From assembly GCA_028711705.1 (NCBI GenBank), contig JAQTRS010000002.1, forward strand, positions 73,617 through 137,616: a stretch of 64,000 nucleotides of DNA, in the 5' to 3' direction. The stretch comes from Candidatus Moraniibacteriota bacterium (GTDB lineage Bacteria > Patescibacteriota > Minisyncoccia > Moranbacterales > UBA1568). The position numbers and the translations under genes are program-made. The notes beneath the pieces are model-generated. The model saw nothing but the letters and a program-made list of their open reading frames with translations. It was not told the origin of the DNA and did not search any database. Shown piece by piece: positions 1 to 8,236 of this stretch. Position 1 is the first letter of the stretch, and the number at the start of each line of letters is the position of its first letter.

Positions 1-756
1 CCCGAGGTCGTGCGCGAAACGCAGCCCGTGATAGCTCGCCTCCGGTTCATTGAAGAGCGAAAATTTCGCATCGGTCCAATCGAATTTCCCTGCATCGACA
101 ACGATGCCGCCGATGGCCGAGCCATGCCCGCCGATCCACTTGGTCAATGAATGGATCACCACATCGGCACCGTGCTTGATCGGCTGCAGAAGCGTGGGCG
201 GGGTGAAGGTCGAGTCGACTATCAAGGGTAGCCCTGCCTCGTGCGCGATTTTCGCGATGGCCTCGATATCCGCCACCTCGAGCGCCGGATTGCCGATGGT
301 TTCGATGAATACCGCACGCGTTTTTTCGGTGATGGCTTTTTTGAAGGCCTCGTGATCATGCACGTTGACGAAACGCGTCGTGATGCCGAATTGCGGAAGC
401 ACGCTTTTGAACATCGTGTGCGTCCCGCCATACAGATTGCTCGCCGAAACGATTTCGTCCCCCGCCCTGCAGACGTTGATGATTGCATAGAAGATCGCGG
501 CCGTTCCCGATGCGACCGCCACCGCCGCCACCCCGCCCTCAAGCTCCGCGATGCGCTTTTCCAAAACATCCGTCGTCGGATTCATGAGGCGGGTATAGAT
601 ATTGCCCAATTCCTTGAGCGCGAACAGATCGGATGCGTGCTTGGCATTCTTGAACACATACGACGTCGTGCGATAGACCGGCACGCCACGCGAAAGGGTT
701 GTCGGTTCCGGCACTTGGCCTGCGTGAAGCGATGAAGTCTCGATACTGTTTGTCAT
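1..756 (-). CDS. metY: O-acetylhomoserine/O-acetylserine sulfhydrylase (MetY/CysD family, PLP-dependent); runs off the left window edge
   Basis: Not in ORF track. Manual translation from ATG 756 gives MTNSIETSSLHAGQVPEPTTLSRGVPVYRTTSYVF...ELGNIYTRLMNPTT and the PLP-lysine motif VIHSLTKWIGGHG near 121-160. Confidence 0.92.
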   Translation of the reverse strand, partial: MTNSIETSSLHAGQVPEPTTLSRGVPVYRTTSYVFKNAKHASDLFALKELGNIYTRLMNPTTDVLEKRIAELEGGVAAVAVASGTAAIFYAIINVCRAGDEIVSASNLYGGTHTMFKSVLPQFGITTRFVNVHDHEAFKKAITEKTRAVFIETIGNPALEVADIEAIAKIAHEAGLPLIVDSTFTPPTLLQPIKHGADVVIHSLTKWIGGHGSAIGGIVVDAGKFDWTDAKFSLFNEPEASYHGLRFAHDLG

Positions 757-787
757 ACGATTATAGTGAGATGGATGAAAGAGATAC

Positions 788-811
788 AAAAAAGCTCAGG
801 TCCGTCCTGAG
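788..811 (-). terminator. Intrinsic terminator (attenuator) in the metY leader
   Basis: Minus strand CTCAGG-ACGGA-CCTGAG followed by CTTTTTT, about 30 nt upstream of the metY ATG. Confidence 0.75.
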
Positions 812-845
812 AGTTCTTTCTTCATCTGCTATAACCGTGGCAGTT

Positions 846-950
846 CTACCAAAACCATAGCGAAAGAATCCTCGAGGATGACCCGAGCCTAGGCATTATG
901 CAGCACACTGTCTGCGTATTCACATAAGACATATTCTTTCTTTTTTCCAT
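846..950 (-). CDS. Putative leaderless leader peptide 2, MEKRKNMSYVNTQTVCCIMPRLGSSSRILSLWFW (34 aa)
   Basis: ATG lies 6 nt after the -10 box; tandem TGC TGC at 905-900 sits just before the 5' arm of the antiterminator. Confidence 0.65.
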   Translation of the reverse strand: MEKRKNMSYVNTQTVCCIMPRLGSSSRILSLWFW

Positions 951-956
951 ACTTGC

Positions 957-985
957 ATACTAACACTCCTCCCCACCCCACGCAA
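957..985 (-). promoter_or_regulatory. Sigma70 promoter for leader 2/metY
   Basis: TTGCGT(985-980), 17-nt spacer, TAGTAT(962-957), with extended -10 TGn. Confidence 0.65.
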
Positions 986-998
986 GGGACCTGTTTCA

Positions 999-1790
999 TT
1001 AGATGATATGCCCCCGCTGCGTATGCGTCCGGATATCGATTTCCAGCAGGGTATGATTCGGCATCGGCCTCCACATCGATTCCGGAACGTCCAACTTTTC
1101 CGAGCAGACCGCCATGACTTTCCCTTGGCTATTCATCGCCACATAGAGGGACAGATACTCGAACGAGCAACTCCCTTTGACGAGGGCATTCCTCTCATTG
1201 ACCTCACGCAATGCCCAGAGCTTTTTCCCGTCGCTCAGCAGGATATTGAGCGCCACATAATCATGATGCTGCCGTATATACGCGACCGTATCGATGATGC
1301 CGGCGCGGATATTTTTCGGATCGCCGGATATTTTCCGCAGATTACCCATAATGGAGAGGAAAAGGCGCTCCGTATCGCTCGTGCCCCGGACACAGGCCTT
1401 CATTTCTTCGGAAAGCGGAATGCTTTCGCTCCCAAACAACGTACCATTATGACACAGGCTCCAGTTATCGAGCAAAAACGGATGCGTGTTTTCCTCGGCG
1501 ACCGCTCCGATCGACTGCTTGCGAAGATGGACCATGCTAAGCTCCGGCACCTCCGCGCTTATTTTTTCCACCACCTGCCCATAGGAACTGTCCTTGGAAG
1601 CATCGGTCGCCCTCTTCGCTTTCTGAACAACCCGTCCATCCCGATAGCACACCATCCCCCATCCGTCCCGATGACCCGCCTCACTTCCCTCCATAACAAG
1701 ACCGCTCTCGGCGAGCGATCCGAATTGAATGAGCGTCGTTGCGAGGGAAAGCTTGGGCAATTGCTGTGTGAGCGCTAGTATACGGCACAT
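999..1790 (-). CDS. Class II glutamine amidotransferase-like Ntn hydrolase (YafJ/EgtC/Dug3 family)
   Basis: N-terminal MCR nucleophile Cys; H-x-DGWG, HLRK, NTHPF, HNGT and TSDTE motifs. Confidence 0.85.
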   Translation of the reverse strand: MCRILALTQQLPKLSLATTLIQFGSLAESGLVMEGSEAGHRDGWGMVCYRDGRVVQKAKRATDASKDSSYGQVVEKISAEVPELSMVHLRKQSIGAVAEENTHPFLLDNWSLCHNGTLFGSESIPLSEEMKACVRGTSDTERLFLSIMGNLRKISGDPKNIRAGIIDTVAYIRQHHDYVALNILLSDGKKLWALREVNERNALVKGSCSFEYLSLYVAMNSQGKVMAVCSEKLDVPESMWRPMPNHTLLEIDIRTHTQRGHII

Positions 1791-1809
1791 ATGTTCGATA
1801 TTAACAATG

Positions 1810-1837
1810 AAAAAGCCGATCCTTGTGAGACCGGCTT
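1810..1837 (-). terminator. Intrinsic terminator (attenuator) upstream of the Ntn hydrolase
   Basis: Minus strand AAGCCGGTC-TCACAAG-GATCGGCTT-TTT. Confidence 0.75.
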
Positions 1838-1862
1838 CGTATTATCATCAAAAGGATAACCT

Positions 1863-1949
1863 TTACTTTCCTGACAACAACGACAAACCGGTCTCACACA
1901 TACAGTTGAAACAGCTACGCATCGATTGTCGGGAAAAATAGGATTTCAT
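1863..1949 (-). CDS. Putative leaderless leader peptide 1, MKSYFSRQSMRSCFNCMCETGLSLLSGK (28 aa)
   Basis: ATG lies 6 nt after the -10 box; Cys codons 13, 16, 18 and Met codons 10, 17; the ORF overlaps the antiterminator strand 1898-1885. Confidence 0.7.
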   Translation of the reverse strand: MKSYFSRQSMRSCFNCMCETGLSLLSGK

Positions 1950-1955
1950 ACCGAA

Positions 1956-1984
1956 AGAGTATCATGAAAAGAATCGGGTGTCAA
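1956..1984 (-). promoter_or_regulatory. Sigma70 promoter for leader 1
   Basis: TTGACA(1984-1979), 17-nt spacer, TACTCT(1961-1956), with extended -10 TGn. Confidence 0.75.
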
Positions 1985-2164
1985 GGGAAACGTCTTAAAT
2001 TCCATTCTGAATCGCAATCACCCAGAAAGCAAATCAGATGTCTTGTATGTATGGTTTCGGAGTATTAAGATAAAATTTTCTCTGATTTTTATCTGTTGAA
2101 TATGAAAAGAGGGAGCAAATAATATTACTCCCTCACTCAGACATCACCACTCCCATGATAACCC

Positions 2165-2731
2165 TCAATAGACAGGGATTTTTTTAAAAACGCTCCGCAT
2201 AGGATTATCGATTGAAACTTCCATATCATCCATCGCTTGACGAATATCGTGTTCAACAATTTTCTTAACATCACGCAAAGACGCCAATACCGCAACGATC
2301 AGCGGCACTTGCCGAGCCAATAATCGAAACACGTCAGATTCCATTCCGCCGATTGATACCAGTCTCGAATACGCCATGATACTCATATCTATGTAGTATC
2401 GGGAACCGACGTACTGAACGCGCCTGGAATTCGGAAATAATCCGGCTAAAAGCCAAGACCAATCGCCAAGACCCTGGAGGCGCGCATGAAGCAAATGATA
2501 TCCATCTGCCAACATCACATGAGTATAGTGCTCATAAGCGTAAAAATTGACCGTCGCCTCATACGATTTCAAATCTCGCAAAAGTACCAACTCGACATAA
2601 TTTTTCGCATAAAGCTCCAAATGCTTCCCAACCCGATCCTCACCAAGAGCGATGATTTCGGAAAATGAACTTTCTTGAACTAACATGAGATTTACTCCCT
2701 TGAAAATGAACTGCAAAAACACGCTACGCAA
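2165..2731 (-). CDS. Hypothetical protein
   Basis: 188-aa ORF followed by a terminator-like hairpin at about 2106-2134; no recognisable motif. Confidence 0.55.
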   Translation of the reverse strand: MRSVFLQFIFKGVNLMLVQESSFSEIIALGEDRVGKHLELYAKNYVELVLLRDLKSYEATVNFYAYEHYTHVMLADGYHLLHARLQGLGDWSWLLAGLFPNSRRVQYVGSRYYIDMSIMAYSRLVSIGGMESDVFRLLARQVPLIVAVLASLRDVKKIVEHDIRQAMDDMEVSIDNPMRSVFKKIPVY

Positions 2732-2849
2732 CCGCCTGTAGCTATGCGGTTATCATATATATATGACAACTTCGCATTGTATCACAATATTTATATTTTG
2801 TCCAGTACTCAAAAATCCACCGGGGACACCGGCGAATTTTCGGACTTTG

Positions 2850-2923
2850 CGGGAGCGACGGGACTCGAACCCGCGACCTTCTGCGTGACAGGCAGACGCT
2901 CTAACCAGCTGAGCTACACCCCC
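2850..2923 (-). tRNA. tRNA-Asp(GTC)
   Basis: GGGGGTGTAGCTCAGCTGGTTAGAGCG...CTGTCAC...GGTTCGAGTCC cloverleaf. Confidence 0.95.
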
Positions 2924-3026
2924 AAATTTTCCTCTTTTCCCCTTGGCACAAACAAAAAACACTCTTATTAAGGAGTGTTTCTATTGTAGGGTAAAACTAT
3001 CTTTTCGTCAAATACCGTTTTATCGC

Positions 3027-3659
3027 TTATCTGGACGGCTCAGGCTCCCCGAAATCGAGTCCGAAACGCTTCTCTACCCAGTCCAAAATGCCCGGGATGA
3101 TATTGAAGACGATCGGGAAAGCATACAGGAAAAGCGCGGCCGGGATGGATATGAAAACCATCGCCATGCCCAAGGCGGTCATGATCGGCGTTAGGGCTAC
3201 GCGGATGGTCGACTGCCTGATCCGGCGTGCCGAAACGTGCTCCGTATCGATTTCGTCGGACACGAGGGCATAGCGGAGCATGATGTAGTTCACGACGCCC
3301 AAAAGGAAAATATGAAGGCCATAGAGAACGACCGCAAGCTTGGTATGAGCATAGCTTCCCAGCATATGCGTCGAGAACGGCACGAAGGCCATCAGGGCCA
3401 GATAGGCCATATTGATCTGGATCATGATGCGGTTGACGTTTTTCGTGAAGATATGGAAGAGCTTGTTATGCGACACCCAGAACATATCCAGCACGATAAA
3501 GCTCACCAGGTACGCAAGGAATTCCGGCGCGAGCTTGGTGAGTTCCTGCGAAAGCGATATCCCCTCTTTGAATTCAGGGAGGCGGAATTCAACCGCCAAG
3601 ATGGTCATGATAATGGCGAAGGCACCATCCAAAAGAGCTTCGAGTCGGTTCTTATTCAT
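3027..3659 (-). CDS. TMEM175-family potassium channel
   Basis: RLEAxxDGxFAIxxT N-terminal motif, FWxSH, about 6 TM helices; start refined to MNKNRL. Confidence 0.85.
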   Translation of the reverse strand: MNKNRLEALLDGAFAIIMTILAVEFRLPEFKEGISLSQELTKLAPEFLAYLVSFIVLDMFWVSHNKLFHIFTKNVNRIMIQINMAYLALMAFVPFSTHMLGSYAHTKLAVVLYGLHIFLLGVVNYIMLRYALVSDEIDTEHVSARRIRQSTIRVALTPIMTALGMAMVFISIPAALFLYAFPIVFNIIPGILDWVEKRFGLDFGEPEPSR

Positions 3660-3773
3660 GGGGATATCGATAAAAATAAATGATGGCAAGCATATGCATA
3701 GTATATCATGCTCCCTATTTCGGGATACAAAAAACTGCCGGGGGCAGTACTGAAGAAAACTATGGCATTATGA

Positions 3774-3850
3774 TGGTAGCAGGAGAGAGATTCGAACTCT
3801 CGACCTCGGGCTTATGAGTCCCGCGCTCTAACCAACTGAGCTATCCTGCC
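3774..3850 (-). tRNA. tRNA-Met(CAT), probably elongator
   Basis: GGCAGGATAGCTCAG...CTCATAA...GTTCGAATC...ACCA; paired 1:72. Confidence 0.9.
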
Positions 3851-3857
3851 AAAATGA

Positions 3858-3928
3858 CAATAACCAATGACCAAAATCCAATCATCAAAAGAGCTTATCT
3901 TGATTATTGGAGCCTGATTATTGGTTAT
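3858..3928. repeat. Period-7 imperfect hairpin repeat between tRNA genes (copy 1)
   Basis: CCAAT-type heptamer units mirrored by ATTGG units; 30/33 nt identical to 49691-49723. Confidence 0.6.
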
Positions 3929-3936
3929 GTATAAAT

Positions 3937-4011
<75 letters not shown>

Positions 4012-4189
4012 ATATATCTACCGCTTCGTTTCAATCACTCATGATCAACATCTGAACGCCGATTACCCATAAGCGATACTCTGCTAAGAGTATCACACAA
4101 AAACCCTACTGTAAAGACCTGGACCATCGTAGTCTTTGCGGAAATCGGAATTTGGTTATTGGTCATTCCGAGCATGAAGCGCGGACTTG

Positions 4190-4263
4190 TGGGTGATCCA
4201 GGACTCGAACCTGGGACCTCGACATTATCAGTGTCGCGCTCTAACCACCTGAGCTAATCACCC
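4190..4263 (-). tRNA. tRNA-Ile(GAT)
   Basis: GGGTGATTAGCTCAGGTGG...CTGATAA...GGTTCGAGTCC. Confidence 0.95.
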
Positions 4264-4366
4264 GTTTCGCGATACAAAAAACATAACCCATAGGGTACAT
4301 ATCCAATTGTAGCAGGATTATGAAAAAAATCAAGAGGCGGTATCGCCTGCCGAAGCTATGTCCTCT

Positions 4367-4759
4367 TTACGCTTTATCAAGCCATTCCTGGAGTATGAGC
4401 CGGGCCGCTTCCTGATCATCGAGGCTGCGTTCCTTGCCGCTTTGCAAAAGGTTGGACTGCGCCATCTTGGTCGTGAACATCTCCTGGAAAAATTCCACCT
4501 TCACGCCGCATTCCTTGGCCACCCTCTCCCCGAAGGTCCGCGCCGCATCCCCCACCCCTTGCGCATGCGCGAAGCTTGACGGGACGCCCACCACCACCGT
4601 CTCAACATCGTTTTCCTGCACGATCTTTTTCAAGGCGTCGAAAAGCTGGCCATCGTTTCTGATGATCGAATGCGCGAACGCCATCCGCGTCTCATCATCG
4701 GCGAGCGCCACGCCCACTTTCGCCTTACCCCAGTCCAGTCCCAAGAAATATCGTGTCAT
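4367..4759 (-). CDS. ruvX: YqgF/RuvX family nuclease (pre-16S rRNA processing)
   Basis: LGLDWGxxxxGVA, VVGVP and E-x-F-T-T motifs, C-terminal AAxxILQ. Confidence 0.9.
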   Translation of the reverse strand: MTRYFLGLDWGKAKVGVALADDETRMAFAHSIIRNDGQLFDALKKIVQENDVETVVVGVPSSFAHAQGVGDAARTFGERVAKECGVKVEFFQEMFTTKMAQSNLLQSGKERSLDDQEAARLILQEWLDKA

Positions 4760-4873
4760 AGAGTATACAAATAGTAATCGAACCCCTGTAAAAGTGCTTG
4801 CAAATAATCTTCAAGATCGATGTGAGCACACATATGGTCATGAAAAATTTTTGCAGCACTTTTACACCCCAAG

Positions 4874-5635
4874 CTACCGCGTCACGATTTCCACCCCATC
4901 TTTGGAAAAGATGACCGTGTCTTCGAAGTGCGCGCTCAAAGAGGCATCGGAAGTAACGAATGTCCAACCGTCCTTGCCGATCTTCACATGATGCTTGCCG
5001 AGATTGATCATCGGCTCGAGCGCCACCGCCATCCCCTCGCGAAACAGCATATCGTCCATCTTGCGGCTCACATAGTTCGGGATATAGGGGTCCTCATGCA
5101 ATTCGAAGCCCACCCCGTGCCCCACCAATTCGCGCACCACGGAACATCCGTTGGATTCGGCATAGCCTTGCACGGCCGCTGCGTAGTCGGAAATGCACGC
5201 GCCGATCTTGAGCCGGCCGATACCGCGCTCCAAGCTCTCGCGAGTGACATCCAGAATCTTCTGCGCGTCCTTGCTCACCGTGCCGACCGCGAAGGTGCGC
5301 GCCATGTCGCTCACCATACCGTCGAAGCGCAATCCCATATCGATCTTCACCAGATCGCCTTCCTTGATGATGCGGTCGCGCCTGGGGATGCCATGCACCA
5401 CCTCCTCATTGAGCGAGGTGCAGATGGAGGCCGGAAAGGGCGTGCCATGCGATGCGCCATAGCCCTTGAAAATCGGGATACCGCCAAGCTGACGGATCTT
5501 TGCCTCGGCCAGTTCGTCCAATTCGCCCGTGCTAATACCGGGAGCGACGCTTTCGGACATAAGCTTCATCACCTGTGCCAAACGGCTGCCGCTTTGTCGC
5601 AGGGCTTCCAATTGTTTCTCATTCTTCAGTCGCAT
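4874..5635 (-). CDS. map: Methionine aminopeptidase type I
   Basis: NEEVVHGIP, GHGVG, HEDP, LEPMI and SAHFEDT motifs. Confidence 0.97.
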   Translation of the reverse strand: MRLKNEKQLEALRQSGSRLAQVMKLMSESVAPGISTGELDELAEAKIRQLGGIPIFKGYGASHGTPFPASICTSLNEEVVHGIPRRDRIIKEGDLVKIDMGLRFDGMVSDMARTFAVGTVSKDAQKILDVTRESLERGIGRLKIGACISDYAAAVQGYAESNGCSVVRELVGHGVGFELHEDPYIPNYVSRKMDDMLFREGMAVALEPMINLGKHHVKIGKDGWTFVTSDASLSAHFEDTVIFSKDGVEIVTR

Positions 5636-5649
5636 AGGCGTATGTCTTC

Positions 5650-6327
5650 TTATTTAGCTTCCTCTATCGACGCAAGGATACCCGCAACGATATCGTGATA
5701 GATCTCTTCCGCGGTTTTGGTGCCATCGACTTCGAGCAGCTTCCCTATCGCGCGGTAGTGCTCGATGACCGGCGTCGTTTCCTTTGCGAACACCGCGAGC
5801 CGCTTGCGCACGCCCTCCGGGGTATCGTCGACGCGCTGCTCCAGCTGACCGCCGCATTCGGAACACGAAAGGTCGTGCGTAAGCTGTTCGTTTGCATCGA
5901 TCACGTAGGCTTTGCTGCACAGCGAGCAAGCGAAACGCGAAGCGATACGGGCGACGGAAACCTCTGTGGGGATATTGATGAAGATGGCCTTGTCGATGGT
6001 CCGGTCGTAATCGGCCAGGACGCGCTCCACGCTCTGTATCTGACTTTCCTTGCGCGGCGCTCCATCCAAGATGATGCCCTGATCGTCGTCGATGTCCCCG
6101 ATCACATGGTGCAGTATCTTGGAAACCAACTCATCCGACACGAGTTCCTTGCGCACGTTCATAATCTCATTCACCTGCCTCCCGAGATAGGTATCTTTTT
6201 TCGCAATGGTACGCAAGGCGGACCCCATATCCACGTGTATCATACCGAGGTGCTGGACCAGCATTTTCGCTTGTGTGCTTTTGCCCGATCCCTGCGGCCC
6301 CAAGAGAATAAGATTATGTTTATTCAT
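5650..6327 (-). CDS. adk: Adenylate kinase with Zn-lid
   Basis: GPQGSGKSTQA P-loop, ILDGAPR, CxxC...CxxC lid; start refined to MNKHNL. Confidence 0.95.
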   Translation of the reverse strand: MNKHNLILLGPQGSGKSTQAKMLVQHLGMIHVDMGSALRTIAKKDTYLGRQVNEIMNVRKELVSDELVSKILHHVIGDIDDDQGIILDGAPRKESQIQSVERVLADYDRTIDKAIFINIPTEVSVARIASRFACSLCSKAYVIDANEQLTHDLSCSECGGQLEQRVDDTPEGVRKRLAVFAKETTPVIEHYRAIGKLLEVDGTKTAEEIYHDIVAGILASIEEAK

Positions 6328-6429
6328 GCGTGAAATCGATTTATATAAATTATGGCCCCGGACAGCATTCAAACTCTGGTGAAACGGGTCACAGAGTTTG
6401 AATAAACGGATAAGCGGCTGCACTGTCCT

Positions 6430-7704
6430 CTAGAAACCGTCGTAATTGCGCATCGTGAGCTGGCTCTCTATGTGCTTGACCATGTCGAGTACGACGGCCA
6501 CGACGATCAGGATGCTCGTGCCTCCCAAAGCGAGCGACTGGATACCGGTCATCTGCTGTATGGCGATCGGGAGCACTGCGATGGCGCCGAGAAACAAAGC
6601 GCCCGCCAAAGTGATGCGGTTGATGATGAAATACAGGTACTGCGCCGTCGAGTTTCCCGGACGGATGCCCGGAACATAGCCGCCTTGCTTTTGCAGGTTC
6701 TCGGAAATTTTCATCGGATCGAAGACGACCGCGGTATAGAAATACGTGAAGAGGACGACCAGGATGAAGTAGAGCGCGCCATAAAACATCTGGTTCTGAA
6801 AGAGCGCGTTCACCTGACTGGCGATGCTGGACACCTTCTCATGGCTCGATTGCATCAGAAAGCTTGCGACCATGCCCGGCACCAAGATAAGCGAGACCGC
6901 GAAAATGATCGGGATCACGCCGGCCTGGTTGACACGGAGCGGCAGGTGCGTGGTCGATCCGCCGCCATAGGTTCTGTCCCCGCGCACGCGCTTGGCATAA
7001 GCGACCGGGATATTGCGCTGCGCTTCGTTGATCATGATGACACCCGCCACCGTGATCAGGGCGATGGCCAAGAAAATGATGTAGGTGAAGAGTTTGGTCG
7101 AGTCGAAATCCGCCCAGGCATGAGAGACCATGGTCGGGAGTCCGGAGGCGATTCCGGCGAAAATCAGGATTGAAATACCGTTGCCGATACCCTTCTCCGT
7201 GATAAGCTCGCCGATCCACATCAGCAGCACCGTTCCGGCCGTGGCGGTCACCACGATGGCGATGGTATCGAAGGTCGAGACCGAGGTCAGCACCTGCTGC
7301 GAGCGCAGGAGGGATATCATACCGAATGACTGGAGCATGGCGAACGGGACGGTCAGCCACCGTGTAATCATATTGAATTTCTGACGGCCGGCTTCGCCCT
7401 CCTCCTTATACATCTGCTCCAAGCGGGGCACGATGGTGGTCATGAGCTGCATGATGATCGATGCGGTGATATACGGAGCGACACCGAGGAGCACGATGGA
7501 GATATTGCTCAAGCCGCCGCCGGAAAAGATATTGAGCAGGCCGAAGAGCTGATTGCTATCGAAAAACCGCTGGAGCTGATCGAAGTCAACACCAGGCAGA
7601 GGGATAGCCGCCACCAACCGATACACCACCAACACGCCGAGAATAAAGAATATCTTATTGCGCAGCTCTTTTATTTTGAAAATCTGAACGAGTGTCGACA
7701 TCAT
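6430..7704 (-). CDS. secY: Preprotein translocase subunit SecY
   Basis: LGVAPYITASII, GIGNGISILIF, GVIPIIFA and PGIRPG motifs. Confidence 0.98.
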   Translation of the reverse strand: MMSTLVQIFKIKELRNKIFFILGVLVVYRLVAAIPLPGVDFDQLQRFFDSNQLFGLLNIFSGGGLSNISIVLLGVAPYITASIIMQLMTTIVPRLEQMYKEEGEAGRQKFNMITRWLTVPFAMLQSFGMISLLRSQQVLTSVSTFDTIAIVVTATAGTVLLMWIGELITEKGIGNGISILIFAGIASGLPTMVSHAWADFDSTKLFTYIIFLAIALITVAGVIMINEAQRNIPVAYAKRVRGDRTYGGGSTTHLPLRVNQAGVIPIIFAVSLILVPGMVASFLMQSSHEKVSSIASQVNALFQNQMFYGALYFILVVLFTYFYTAVVFDPMKISENLQKQGGYVPGIRPGNSTAQYLYFIINRITLAGALFLGAIAVLPIAIQQMTGIQSLALGGTSILIVVAVVLDMVKHIESQLTMRNYDGF

Positions 7705-7764
7705 ATGGTCTCATTGTAACATATATTATGTGCGAAAGCGAGAGAAAAAAAGAGGCCAAAGCCC

Positions 7765-8217
7765 CTAGTTTTCTTCTGCTACCACTTCGATCGAGCCCCC
7801 GGCTTTCTCAATGGCGGCTTTCGCCGTTTCGGAAACCAGAAGTCCGGATGCAATGGTAAGTTTTTTTGTGAGCGTTCCGCTGGAAAGGATCTTGATACCG
7901 TTCTTGACCAAGGATTCCTTGATCAGGCCTTTCGCGACCAAAGTCTCGGAAGAAACGACCTCGCCGTTCGAAAACCACTTCTCCAGAGCCGTCAGATTGA
8001 ATACCGACTTCCTCGGATGGATGGACTTAAAACCGCGAACCTTCTTCAAGTGATCCACCAAGGAAGAACGCCCTCCTTCGAACAACGGATCGACATTGCC
8101 ACCGGAACGGGCCTTCTGACCCTTCATTCCGCGACCGGAATACGTTCCGCGCTTACCTCCGCGTCCGATACGCTTCGAGCTCTGCTTTTTTGGAACACTG
8201 AGTTCATGAATCTGCAT
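7765..8217 (-). CDS. rplO: 50S ribosomal protein L15
   Basis: GRGMKGQKARSG and FEGG motifs. Confidence 0.97.
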   Translation of the reverse strand: MQIHELSVPKKQSSKRIGRGGKRGTYSGRGMKGQKARSGGNVDPLFEGGRSSLVDHLKKVRGFKSIHPRKSVFNLTALEKWFSNGEVVSSETLVAKGLIKESLVKNGIKILSSGTLTKKLTIASGLLVSETAKAAIEKAGGSIEVVAEEN

Positions 8218-8236
8218 AAAACTGAAAAACAATAAA

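Noticed and set aside
788-900. SAM riboswitch or T-box upstream of metY
   Set aside because: No SAM-I core beyond a chance AGATGA and no T-box GGTGG-ACC motif; the uORF and rod-hairpin model explains the region better.
920-958. SD-led 12-aa ORF MQVWKKERICLM (minus strand)
   Set aside because: Its ATG lies within the -10 box, so it is absent from the predicted transcript, and SD motifs seem unused in this genome. It could matter only in read-through RNA.
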